A stretch of 64,000 bases of DNA from Candidatus Aminicenantes bacterium (GTDB lineage: Bacteria; Acidobacteriota; Aminicenantia; UBA2199): contig CAVYQZ010000006.1 of assembly GCA_963770755.1 (NCBI GenBank), positions 196,818-260,817 on the forward strand. The letters run 5' to 3'. A program made the position numbers and the translations under genes. Within the stretch, counting starts at the first letter, position 1; each line of letters opens with the position of its first letter. The notes below the pieces were generated by a model. The model saw only the letters and a list, made by a program, of their open reading frames with translations, made no database searches and was not told where the DNA came from. This document shows, piece by piece, positions 31,367 to 40,170 of the stretch.

Positions 31367-32278
31367 CTAGATAACCAGTTTGCCCCTGATTTCGCCAAGA
31401 CTATTTATATGCAAATTTGTCATTTCCTGTTCAAGTTCGGCTAGGATGCGCACGGCGGCGGCCGGTTCGTAGAAGTTGACGGTGCCGATTTGAACGGCTG
31501 AAGCGCCGACCAGAATATATTCCAGAACATCCTTTCCTGAGGTAATTCCGCCCATGCCGATGACCGGGATCTGGACTTGGCGGCAGACTTCCCAGACCAG
31601 TTTCAAGGCCAAAGGCTTGATGGCCGGACCGGATAATCCGGCCAGGGTGTTGGCAAACAGCGGCCGCCGCTTTTCCAGGTTCACGGCGAGTCCCAGGAAC
31701 GTGTTGACCAGGGACAGGGCGTCGGCGCCGGCTTCCTGAGCCGCGCGCGCGATAACGGCGATATCAGCAGTGTTGGGTGAAAGCTTGACGATCAATGGCT
31801 TGTGGACATGCTCCTTGATGCGCTTGACCAGGCGGTAAGTATGTTGATCGTCCTGGGCCGGGCAGGCGCCGCCTTTTTTGACGTTGGGGCATGAGATGTT
31901 CAGCTCCAGCATGGAGACTTCGGGCATGGCGGCGAAGATTTCGGCAACTTCCACGAACTCCCGGTCGTCCTGGCCGCAGACATTGACGATAATCGGAGTA
32001 GTGGTTCGGGCGCTAAGGCGGCGGATGATCTCCTGCAGTTTGTCGGCCCCCGGGCCTGCCAGGCCGATGGAATTGAGCAAGCCGGCCGGGGTTTCGCAGA
32101 GGCGCGGCGGCGGGTTGCCCGGGCGGGCATTTTTATATATGCCCTTTAAAACCAGGGCGCCCAGGATATCCAAATTGAAAAACGGAGTGAATTCCTCGCC
32201 GTAGCCGAAGGTGCCCGAAGCCGGGATAAGCGGATTCTTCAGAGTGCAAAAACCCAGGTCGACGCTCAGATCGGCCAT
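31367..32278 (-). CDS. pyrD: Dihydroorotate dehydrogenase, catalytic subunit (class 1B PyrD)
   Basis: MADLSVDLGFCTLKNPLIPASGTFGYGEEF...; start at ATG 32278, overlaps pyrK end. Confidence 0.9.
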   Translation of the reverse strand: MADLSVDLGFCTLKNPLIPASGTFGYGEEFTPFFNLDILGALVLKGIYKNARPGNPPPRLCETPAGLLNSIGLAGPGADKLQEIIRRLSARTTTPIIVNVCGQDDREFVEVAEIFAAMPEVSMLELNISCPNVKKGGACPAQDDQHTYRLVKRIKEHVHKPLIVKLSPNTADIAVIARAAQEAGADALSLVNTFLGLAVNLEKRRPLFANTLAGLSGPAIKPLALKLVWEVCRQVQIPVIGMGGITSGKDVLEYILVGASAVQIGTVNFYEPAAAVRILAELEQEMTNLHINSLGEIRGKLVI

Positions 32279-33063
32279 TGGATCTCTTCCAGGGGGAACA
32301 CCGGTCCCTCGTCGCATACTTTCCGGTATCGGCCGTCTTCGGCGGCGATCGCGCAGCTGTGGCAGACTCCGAAACCGCAGCCCATGATCGCTTCCAGGGA
32401 AACGTAATTTTCCATGTTCCTTGACTTGAGCATTCCGGCCAACACGGCCAGCATGGCTTCCGGGCCGCAGGCCATGGTCGCATCCGGGTGTTGTTCAGTG
32501 ATTATTTTTTTCAGGCCGGAAGTCAGCAGTCCTTTTTGACCCTGGCTGCCGTCTTCGCTGAAAATGTAAGTTTTTTCAAGCGGAATGGCGCTGATTTCTT
32601 TCAGCAATTGCAGATCAACGGCGCGGCGGCCACCGTAGAGCAATACCAGCGACTGCTGCGCAGCATACGTTTTGGCATAATTAAAAAGGGGAACGATGCC
32701 CCGACCGCCGGCGATGAGGAGTATTTTCTTGCCCGGTAATTCCGGGAAAGAATTGCCCAGCGGGCCGAGGATATTCAGGTGATCGCCGCTTTGATGGTCC
32801 TTCAGCAGAGCCGTGCCGCGGCCGTTGACCTGAAAGTATAGCCAAATGTAAGGTGGTTCGCTTTGCAGGATGCCGAAGGGACGGCGCAGCAACGGATCCA
32901 GGGAAGGCGATACGCGGACCATGACAAAATTTCCCGGCCTTGCCTCCAGGGCGATTTTCGGGACGAGGATTTTCAATTGGTAGTAATCTTTTCCCAACCA
33001 GCGGGTTTCCTCGATGCGTCCGCTTTCGTCATGCATGGCAGCATTATGCCATGCTTCATCCAT
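32266..33063 (-). CDS. pyrK: Dihydroorotate dehydrogenase electron-transfer subunit PyrK (FAD/2Fe-2S)
   Basis: C-terminal CGFGVCHSCAIAAE cluster; ATG at 33063 (MDEAWHN) preferred over GTG 33078 used by ORF track. Confidence 0.8.
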   Translation of the reverse strand: MDEAWHNAAMHDESGRIEETRWLGKDYYQLKILVPKIALEARPGNFVMVRVSPSLDPLLRRPFGILQSEPPYIWLYFQVNGRGTALLKDHQSGDHLNILGPLGNSFPELPGKKILLIAGGRGIVPLFNYAKTYAAQQSLVLLYGGRRAVDLQLLKEISAIPLEKTYIFSEDGSQGQKGLLTSGLKKIITEQHPDATMACGPEAMLAVLAGMLKSRNMENYVSLEAIMGCGFGVCHSCAIAAEDGRYRKVCDEGPVFPLEEIQWPI

Positions 33064-33071
33064 GCTGTAAA

Positions 33072-33129
33072 TAGTCACACTTTGGTTTCAGTAAGTTCTG
33101 TAATTCGCTGAAACCAACTAGTGTGACTA
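33072..33129 (-). promoter_or_regulatory. 20-bp-stem hairpin in the pyrK leader abutting the start codon
   Basis: tagtcacactttggtttcag ... ctgaaaccaactagtgtgacta near-perfect inverted repeat read directly; further hairpins at 33191..33244 and 33243..33259. Confidence 0.35.
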
Positions 33130-33301
33130 TCCCCCTTGGGGACATACAAATCAATCCCTCACCTGACGGTTCGGAATGATCTGAAGTATACCAACACTGG
33201 ATGTTTTTGGCGGTTTATCGAAATTGCCAAAAACATAGCGTTGGTAAAGACCATTTACCAAACAGAGATTCTCTTAGCGAGGTTTTTTTAGTAAGAAAAG
33301 G

Positions 33302-33964
33302 CTACTGTGCGTCTGCTTTGCCGGCACTCAGCAGAGTTTGAGCTTCCTGGGCGCTGGGGGTGTTGGGAAATTCGCTGATGATCCTTTTCAGGCTTCCAAC
33401 GGCTTCTTCCTGACGGAGGCTTCTGGTTTGAATTTTGGCCAGCATCAGGATGATCAACTCCTTGCCCATTTTGGTTTTCTTGTCTTCGAGCATCCGTTTG
33501 AGCAGATCGATGGCTTCCTGGCTTTTGCCGCTGTCGGCCAGCACCTGGGCTTCGAGCGTTTTTTTCTGGTCGTTGATGATGGCGATGCGGCTGCCGGGGA
33601 ATTGCCGCAGGGCTTTCTCGGCATTGGCCAGGTCCCCTTTTTCATAATACAAGGCGGCAATGAAAAGATTGCCGGCGCTGGAAATGCCTTTCTTCAGTTT
33701 TAATTTCTGCAGCTTGCCGATCTTTTGATCGATGCTCAAGGCCGTGTCGGTGCGGATGCTGAAGGCGCTGGCGTAAACTTTGTTTTCACTGGCCGTACTG
33801 AGGCCGGTAAGAAAAAATATGGCCAATATGATGATGACCAGCAGCAGCGCGATTCCCGTCAAGGCGAAGATCAAGCGGCGGTTATTTTTGAAAAATGCGA
33901 GAACTTGTTCGAAAAAATGGACAAAAGGATCGGCCTTCAAGTGTTCTTTTTCTTTTTTTTTCAT
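33302..33964 (-). CDS. Membrane-anchored TPR-like protein
   Basis: N-terminal TM LIFALTGIALLLVIIILAIFFL; TPR-like C-terminal helices. Confidence 0.5.
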   Translation of the reverse strand: MKKKEKEHLKADPFVHFFEQVLAFFKNNRRLIFALTGIALLLVIIILAIFFLTGLSTASENKVYASAFSIRTDTALSIDQKIGKLQKLKLKKGISSAGNLFIAALYYEKGDLANAEKALRQFPGSRIAIINDQKKTLEAQVLADSGKSQEAIDLLKRMLEDKKTKMGKELIILMLAKIQTRSLRQEEAVGSLKRIISEFPNTPSAQEAQTLLSAGKADAQ

Positions 33965-33980
33965 TTTACCTCATTGGTAT

Positions 33981-34053
33981 TGCGCCTGAGATGACTCGAA
34001 CATCCAACCCTGGGATTAGGAATCCCATGCTCTATCCTTTGAGCTACAGGCGC
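33981..34053 (-). tRNA. tRNA-Arg (anticodon CCT)
   Basis: Manual fold of reverse complement: acceptor GCGCCTG/CAGGCGC, D-arm TAGCTCAAAGGATAGAGCA, anticodon stem TGGGA/TCCCA with loop TTCCTAA, T-loop TTCGAGT. Confidence 0.7.
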
Positions 34054-34165
34054 AAGAATAAAGCAATATCATTTTTCGCGACATATGTCAATTGACCTTT
34101 ATTGGCGATCGTGTTAAATTATCTGGGACAGGGCTGCCGTTTCCCCGGCGGCGAGGATTTGGAGA

Positions 34166-36337
34166 ATGAAAAATAAAAACATCAAAGGCGTGCGTCTGAT
34201 CGTGACAGCCATGGTCCTGTTTTTTATCGCTTTCGTGATCATCCGCATTTATTTTGAGGAGAGCAAGAATTTTTCGCCGCAGTTTTTAAAAAGCAACACC
34301 CTGATTTTCGGATTGTGGATCATTATCATCCTTTTCGGTCTGACTTTTCTTTTCATCCTGGCCCGAAATATTTTAAAGATGTACTATGAAAAAAACCAGG
34401 GCGGCGCCGTGCACAGTTTTAAAAACCGCCTGGTCTTTTTTTTCATCGCTTTTTCCATCGTTCCCACCCTGCTGCTGTTTTTTTTCGCCACCGACGTCAT
34501 TTCGCAAAGCATTGAGCAGTGGTTCAAAACTCCGGTCGAGAACATCATGAAAAATGTTGATGATGTCAAAACCAACTACTATAGTAAAATAACCGAAGAC
34601 CTCGAGCATTTTTCCGGAATCATCGCCGTTATGATCCAGCAGAAGCGGATGTATACCGATGACAATAAAATTTTCCTGCAGAACCGGCTTAAAGAGAAAA
34701 TGCTGGAATACAAGCTTGACGTGGTCAATATTTACAGGAACCGAAACGAAATTTTCGCTATTTTTAATCCGCGCATCCCCATGCAGGAATATAAAAACCT
34801 GCCCTTGAATGTCGTTTACAGCGGCCTGGGAGGCGCCGGATTCACCAAGATTGACACTCTGAAAAATGGCGAGTTGATCCGCAACGGGGTCGCTTTTGAT
34901 ATCGAGCAGGGTGATAAAATGCTGATCATCACCGGCAAGTATTTTCCTGAGAGCTATACGCGCAGTCTCGGCATTCTGGAGGCTATGGTCAACAAGCACA
35001 GTCAGATGAGGGTTTTGCGTGATCCGGTAAAAAACACCTATATGCTGCTGTTTTTATTCATTACTATCCTGATTATTTTTTCCGCCTCCTGGCTTGGTTT
35101 TTATCTGGCCAAGGGCATTACGGTGCCGATTGAGAAGTTGATATCGGCGACCGCCGAAATCGCCAAGGGAAACTTGGATGTGCGCATTGACTATGCGGCC
35201 AAGGATGAATTCAATACGCTGATCAATGAATTTAACCGCATGGCTTTTGATCTGAAAGAAAACCGGGACAAATTGAACCGGCGCACCATCGAACTGCGCC
35301 ACCGGCGCAGCATCATTGAAACTATTATGAAGAACATCACCTCCGGAGTCATGGCCTTGAATTCAAAAGGCGAAATCATTGCCCTGAACCCCGAAGCGGC
35401 CCGCATGCTGTCGCTGGAGGTGGAGGCTGTTTTCAGGAAGAATTTTACCCAGGTGATTTCCGAAACCGTTTACAAGGACATTCATCAATTGATAAGCAAG
35501 GCCTTCGAGACGCGCTTCAAGCTGATCGAAAAAGAAATTGATATCAAACTGCAGGGCCGGATCATCAATCTGGCCGTAAAAATCACCCAATTGCGCAACC
35601 CGATCAATAATCGTTTTTCAGGTCTGCTGGTCGTGTTTACCGACTTGACCGAATTGATCAAGGCCCAGCGCATGCTGGTTTGGCGTGAAGTGGCCAAGCG
35701 CATCGCCCATGAAATCAAGAATCCGTTGACCCCCATTCAAATTTCATCGCAAAGAATTTTGCGCAGCATGGATCAGTCGCCCGAAAAATTTCGGGCCATT
35801 GTTGAGGATAGCTTGCATATAATTTCCCAGGAATTCGATTCAATCAAGCGATTGGCTGAGGAATTCGCCAATTTCGCCCGCTTGCCCGAAATTAAATTTA
35901 CCCAGGGTGATATTAATGAAATTCTGGAAAAAATGCTTGCTGTCTACACGTCGATTTATCAGAATGTCCAGTTCAAGGTCAAGTTGGATGTGGAACTGCC
36001 GACGTTGGTCAAGCTCGATGTCGAACAAATCAAGAGGGTCTTTGTCAATATTCTGGATAATGCTCTGGAGATCAGCGGCAAGGAGGGTGAAATTGAAATT
36101 TCCACCCACTATAACAGCGAAAGCAAGTTCATTACCGTCGAAATCGCCGATAACGGGCCCGGCATCAGCGATGAAGACAAGCAGAAAGTTTTCCTGCCAT
36201 ACTTTTCCAAAAAGAGTTCTGGGACCGGCCTGGGCCTGGCCATTGCCCATAATATCATGGAAGAGCACAACGGTTTGATTTCGGTCGTGGACAACCAGCC
36301 CCACGGCGCCCGATTCATTATCGAGCTCCCGGCCTGA
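34166..36337 (+). CDS. Sensor histidine kinase (TM-HAMP-PAS-HisKA-HATPase, NtrY-like), no adjacent response regulator
   Basis: H-box AHEIKNPLTPI, G-box GTGLGLAIAHNIMEEHNG, two N-terminal TM segments. Confidence 0.85.
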   Translation: MKNKNIKGVRLIVTAMVLFFIAFVIIRIYFEESKNFSPQFLKSNTLIFGLWIIIILFGLTFLFILARNILKMYYEKNQGGAVHSFKNRLVFFFIAFSIVPTLLLFFFATDVISQSIEQWFKTPVENIMKNVDDVKTNYYSKITEDLEHFSGIIAVMIQQKRMYTDDNKIFLQNRLKEKMLEYKLDVVNIYRNRNEIFAIFNPRIPMQEYKNLPLNVVYSGLGGAGFTKIDTLKNGELIRNGVAFDIEQGDKMLIITGKYFPESYTRSLGILEAMVNKHSQMRVLRDPVKNTYMLLFLFITILIIFSASWLGFYLAKGITVPIEKLISATAEIAKGNLDVRIDYAAKDEFNTLINEFNRMAFDLKENRDKLNRRTIELRHRRSIIETIMKNITSGVMALNSKGEIIALNPEAARMLSLEVEAVFRKNFTQVISETVYKDIHQLISKAFETRFKLIEKEIDIKLQGRIINLAVKITQLRNPINNRFSGLLVVFTDLTELIKAQRMLVWREVAKRIAHEIKNPLTPIQISSQRILRSMDQSPEKFRAIVEDSLHIISQEFDSIKRLAEEFANFARLPEIKFTQGDINEILEKMLAVYTSIYQNVQFKVKLDVELPTLVKLDVEQIKRVFVNILDNALEISGKEGEIEISTHYNSESKFITVEIADNGPGISDEDKQKVFLPYFSKKSSGTGLGLAIAHNIMEEHNGLISVVDNQPHGARFIIELPA

Positions 36338-36398
36338 AATATGCCAGGGCGCTTGCTTTCTTTGCCATGACCGCTGACGCGGTAATAAAAAAAGGAGA

Positions 36399-38051
36399 AT
36401 GACCATGGCCGATAACATGTTGCCGATCAAAGAGGTGGCTGTCAGGTTCGGAATTGCTGAAGAAGAACTCTATTACTATGGCCCCTACAAAGCTAAAATC
36501 GAACCATCGCTGGCCCGGCGTCTGGACCAATGCGAGAGCTGCGGCCGGCAAGTGCTGGTGACCGCCACCACCCCGACCCCGGCCGGAGAGGGCAAGACTA
36601 CCACCGCCATCGGGCTCTCCATGGCACTGAACCGCATCGGGGTGAAATCCATCGTCACGCTACGCGAACCCTCCCTGGGCCCGGTCTTCGGCATGAAAGG
36701 CGGGGCGACCGGCGGCGGCGCTTCCCAAGTATTGCCTTCCGATGAGATCGACCTGCACTTCACCGGGGATATTCATGCCGTCACCACGGCCAACAACCTG
36801 CTGGCGGCAATGATCGACAACCATATTCAGCATGGCAACCGTCTGGCCATCGACACCAGGCGCATCGCCTGGCGCCGGGTGATCGACATGAACGACCGCG
36901 CCCTGCGCGAGATCGTCATCGGATTGGGCGGCCGGCAAAACGGTTTTGCCCGCGAAGACGCCTTCAACATCTCGGTGGCCTCGGAGATCATGGCCGTACT
37001 GTGCCTGGCCGAAGATTTCCAGGATTTAAAGGACCGGCTGGCCAGGATGGTCGTCGGCTATACCTCCAAAAACAAACCCATCACGGCCGCCGACCTGAAG
37101 GCGGTGGGTTCGATGGCCCTGCTGCTGAAGGACGCCATCAAGCCCAACCTGGTGCAAACTTCGGAAGGCACGCCGGCCATCATCCATGGCGGCCCTTTCG
37201 CCAACATCGCCCACGGCACCAATTCCATCCAGGCCATACGCCTGGCCCACGCCCTTGCCGAAATCACGGTCACCGAAGCCGGATTCGCCTCGGAACTGGG
37301 CGGTGAAAAATTCCTGAATTTCGTCTGCCAGACCGGAAAATTCAACGTGGATGCGGTGGTGCTGGTCACTACCCTGCGGGCTTTGAAATATCACGGTGGC
37401 GCCGGCAAGGACAGCCTCGCCGAAAAGAACCTGGAGGCCCTGGTCAAGGGATTTGACAACCTGGACAAGCACATCGAGAACATGAAGGCCTATGCCGTGC
37501 CCCTGCTCGTGGCCGTAAATTATTTCTCCGACAACGACGCCGAAGAGCTGGCGCTCATCGTGAAGCATGTCGCTTCCCGGAAGGTCAAGGCCTTCGTCTG
37601 CGACCCTTTCAACAAGGGCGGGGAAGGCTGCCAGGACCTGGCCCGGGAAGTCGAGCAGGCCGCAAGTTCCGGCGCCCGCGTCCAGCCCATCTATAAGCCG
37701 GGCTGGCCCATCTCCCGCAAGATCGAGACCATCGCCGTCCAGATGTACGGTGCCGCCCGCATCAACTACACCCGCCAGGCCCGCAAGGACATTGAACTGC
37801 TCAATAATCTCGGTTATGACAAGCTGCATGTGATCATCGCCAAAACCCCCAATTCGCTTTCCGATGATCCCAAGGCCCTGGGCCGGCCGCAAAATTTCGA
37901 CGTGGACGTGGATCGGGTCTTCCTGGCGGCCGGGGCCGGTTTCGTGGTGGCGGTTTGCGGCGAGATCATGCTCATGCCCGGATTGCCCCGCAACCCCGCG
38001 GCCGAAACCATCGACATTGATGCCGCGGGCAACATCAGCGGTCTATTCTGA
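36399..38051 (+). CDS. fhs: Formate--tetrahydrofolate ligase
   Basis: TPTPAGEGKTTTAIGL P-loop and overall FTHFS length. Confidence 0.9.
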   Translation: MTMADNMLPIKEVAVRFGIAEEELYYYGPYKAKIEPSLARRLDQCESCGRQVLVTATTPTPAGEGKTTTAIGLSMALNRIGVKSIVTLREPSLGPVFGMKGGATGGGASQVLPSDEIDLHFTGDIHAVTTANNLLAAMIDNHIQHGNRLAIDTRRIAWRRVIDMNDRALREIVIGLGGRQNGFAREDAFNISVASEIMAVLCLAEDFQDLKDRLARMVVGYTSKNKPITAADLKAVGSMALLLKDAIKPNLVQTSEGTPAIIHGGPFANIAHGTNSIQAIRLAHALAEITVTEAGFASELGGEKFLNFVCQTGKFNVDAVVLVTTLRALKYHGGAGKDSLAEKNLEALVKGFDNLDKHIENMKAYAVPLLVAVNYFSDNDAEELALIVKHVASRKVKAFVCDPFNKGGEGCQDLAREVEQAASSGARVQPIYKPGWPISRKIETIAVQMYGAARINYTRQARKDIELLNNLGYDKLHVIIAKTPNSLSDDPKALGRPQNFDVDVDRVFLAAGAGFVVAVCGEIMLMPGLPRNPAAETIDIDAAGNISGLF

Positions 38052-38075
38052 GCCTATTCAGACCGCATCCAGAAT

Positions 38076-39308
38076 TTATTCGGCCCAGAGCTTGAGCAGG
38101 TGCACCAGTGTTTCCGAAGTTTTCTGCATGTCTTCCAGGGCGATCCATTCATATTTGGAATGGAAGTTGTTGCCGCCGGTGAAGATGTTGGGGGTGGGCA
38201 GACCCATAAAACAGAGTCGGGCGCCGTCGGTGCCGCCGCGGATGCTGGCGCGCTTGGGCGTCAGGCCGGCCATGGCCACGGCTTTTTCGGCCTTGGCCAG
38301 CACGTCGGGGTATTGGTCGAGGACCACTTTCATGTTGCGGTAGGATTCCGTGACCTTCACCTCGCTTTTCGCCCCGGGGAATTCGCTGGTGGCATCTTCG
38401 GCGATTTTTTTCAGCAGTGCTTCATATTCCTTCAATCCTGGCTCGGTGAAGTCACGGATCAGGAATTTGATGGTGGCCTCTTCCTCGTTGCCGCTGAGGT
38501 GGTGGGGATGGACGTAGCCTTCGCGGTCTTCGGTAGTTTCGGGTGACAGGGTTTGCTGGGGGAGCCGTTCGATGATGCGGGCGGCGATCTTGATGGCATT
38601 GACCATTTTGTTCTTGGCGAAACCCGGGTGAACGTTGATCCCGGATATTTTTATTTCCAGCGAATCGGCGCAGAACGTTTCGTCTTCGACTTCACCCACT
38701 TTTTCGCCATCGACCGTGTAGCCGAATTCGGCCCCGATCTCGGCGGCCGTAATGTGTTCGACGCCCCGGCCCGTCTCTTCATCCGGCGTAAAAACGATCT
38801 TTATGTTCGGCCGCGGCAGTTCCGGATGGGTGTGCAGCTGGGTCAGGGTGTCCATGATGGCGGCGATGCCGGCCTTATTGTCGGCGCCCAGCAGCGTGTT
38901 CCCCGAGGTGGTGATGATGGTCTTGCCGGTTTTTTCCAATAAATAAGGGTTCTCGCTGGTTTTCAGGACGATGTTTTCACTCTCGGACAGTACCAGGTCC
39001 TGGCCCTGGTAGTTCTTGTGGAGCTTGGGCTGCACCGCCGTTCCCGACACGGCTGGCGATGTGTCCAGGTGGGCGATCAGGGCAATGGTCGGGACCTTGT
39101 GCTTTTGGTTGGTATCCAGTCCCGCCAGCACGTAACCCCAGTCGGTGACCTGGACATCCTTCATGCCCAGTGCTTCGAGTTCGGGCTTGAGCTTGGCAGC
39201 CAGATCCTTTTGCTTTTCGGTCGAGGGAAAAGTTTCGGACGTCTCGCTCGATTGCGTATCAATAACCACATAACTTAAAAAACGTTCCAGGATATCGGGA
39301 TATTTCAT
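38076..39308 (-). CDS. pepT: Peptidase T (tripeptide aminopeptidase, M20B)
   Basis: MKYPDILERFLSYVVIDTQSSE N-terminus and M20 metal-ligand pattern. Confidence 0.85.
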   Translation of the reverse strand: MKYPDILERFLSYVVIDTQSSETSETFPSTEKQKDLAAKLKPELEALGMKDVQVTDWGYVLAGLDTNQKHKVPTIALIAHLDTSPAVSGTAVQPKLHKNYQGQDLVLSESENIVLKTSENPYLLEKTGKTIITTSGNTLLGADNKAGIAAIMDTLTQLHTHPELPRPNIKIVFTPDEETGRGVEHITAAEIGAEFGYTVDGEKVGEVEDETFCADSLEIKISGINVHPGFAKNKMVNAIKIAARIIERLPQQTLSPETTEDREGYVHPHHLSGNEEEATIKFLIRDFTEPGLKEYEALLKKIAEDATSEFPGAKSEVKVTESYRNMKVVLDQYPDVLAKAEKAVAMAGLTPKRASIRGGTDGARLCFMGLPTPNIFTGGNNFHSKYEWIALEDMQKTSETLVHLLKLWAE

Positions 39309-39372
39309 GATGACCTCCGCATACGATTATAAATGATTTCGGCCGAAAGTGAAAGGCTAGGGGGAGGCTGCC

Positions 39373-39401
39373 TTGACAAAGACTGTTTTTTTTACTATGA
39401 T
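39373..39401 (+). promoter_or_regulatory. Sigma-70-like promoter TTGACA-N17-TATGAT upstream of rpmH
   Basis: Read directly. Confidence 0.5.
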
Positions 39402-39437
39402 ATGCTTTAATTTCAAATGTGAGTAAGGAGTGGTCTG

Positions 39438-39572
39438 GTGAAACGAACATTTCAACCGAACAATTTAAAAAGAAAGAAAAACCATGGTTTCCGGGCGCGC
39501 ATGGAAACCAAGGGTGGCCGTGAAATTATTAATCGTAGAAGAAGAAAGGGAAGAAAGAATCTCAGCGCCTGA
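39438..39572 (+). CDS. rpmH: 50S ribosomal protein L34
   Basis: GTG start; [44 protein letters not shown]; not in ORF track (<60 aa). Confidence 0.9.
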   Translation: MKRTFQPNNLKRKKNHGFRARMETKGGREIINRRRRKGRKNLSA

Positions 39573-39575
39573 TTC

Positions 39576-39918
39576 ATGTCTTTTGCGTTTAGAAATTTCC
39601 AGCGGATCACGAAAGAAAATGAATTCGTGCATTTGCTGAGACATGCCCAAAAAGTAAAGAATGATTTTTTTTTTATATTTTTTGAAAAACAACCTTCCGG
39701 GCAGCCGGTTCGCCATTTCCGTTAACCGGAAAATCGGGAACGCAGTTCAAAGAAATTTTATAAAAAGAAAAATGAAAGAATGTTTCAGATTGAATCGTTT
39801 TTTGCTCGAGGATTCCTACGACCTGTGGATTTCCGTGAAAAAAAAGTTTGATCGCCGCAGTGCCATGCAGGCGGAAAGCCTGTTCTTGGATGCCTTGATC
39901 AAGATCAAATACAGGTAA
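39576..39918 (+). CDS. rnpA: Ribonuclease P protein component, apparent 1-nt frameshift in a T10 homopolymer (39666-39675)
   Basis: Frame 1 MSFAFRNFQRITKENEFVHLLRHAQKVKNDFF.. and frame 2 ..LYFLKNNLPGSRFAISVNRKIGNAVQRNFIKRKMKE (RnpA signature) join if one T is removed. Confidence 0.7.
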
Positions 39919-39921
39919 CTC

Positions 39922-40170
39922 ATGAAAAAAGCGTTTCTTTTATTGATCAGGCTCTATAAAAAAACCCTGTCCCCGCTGCTGGGCAATCATTGCCGGTTTT
40001 TCCCCACCTGTTCCGATTATACGTACGGGGCAATTGAAAAACACGGCACTGGACGGGGTATTTATCTGGGCGCAAAAAGAATACTCAAATGCCATCCATT
40101 TCATGCCGGCGGTTATGATCCGGTGCCCGAAAAAAACGAGGTGAATGTCCAATGGATACAAAAAAACTAA
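39922..40170 (+). CDS. yidD: Membrane protein insertion efficiency factor YidD
   Basis: [27 protein letters not shown] motif. Confidence 0.85.
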   Translation: MKKAFLLLIRLYKKTLSPLLGNHCRFFPTCSDYTYGAIEKHGTGRGIYLGAKRILKCHPFHAGGYDPVPEKNEVNVQWIQKN

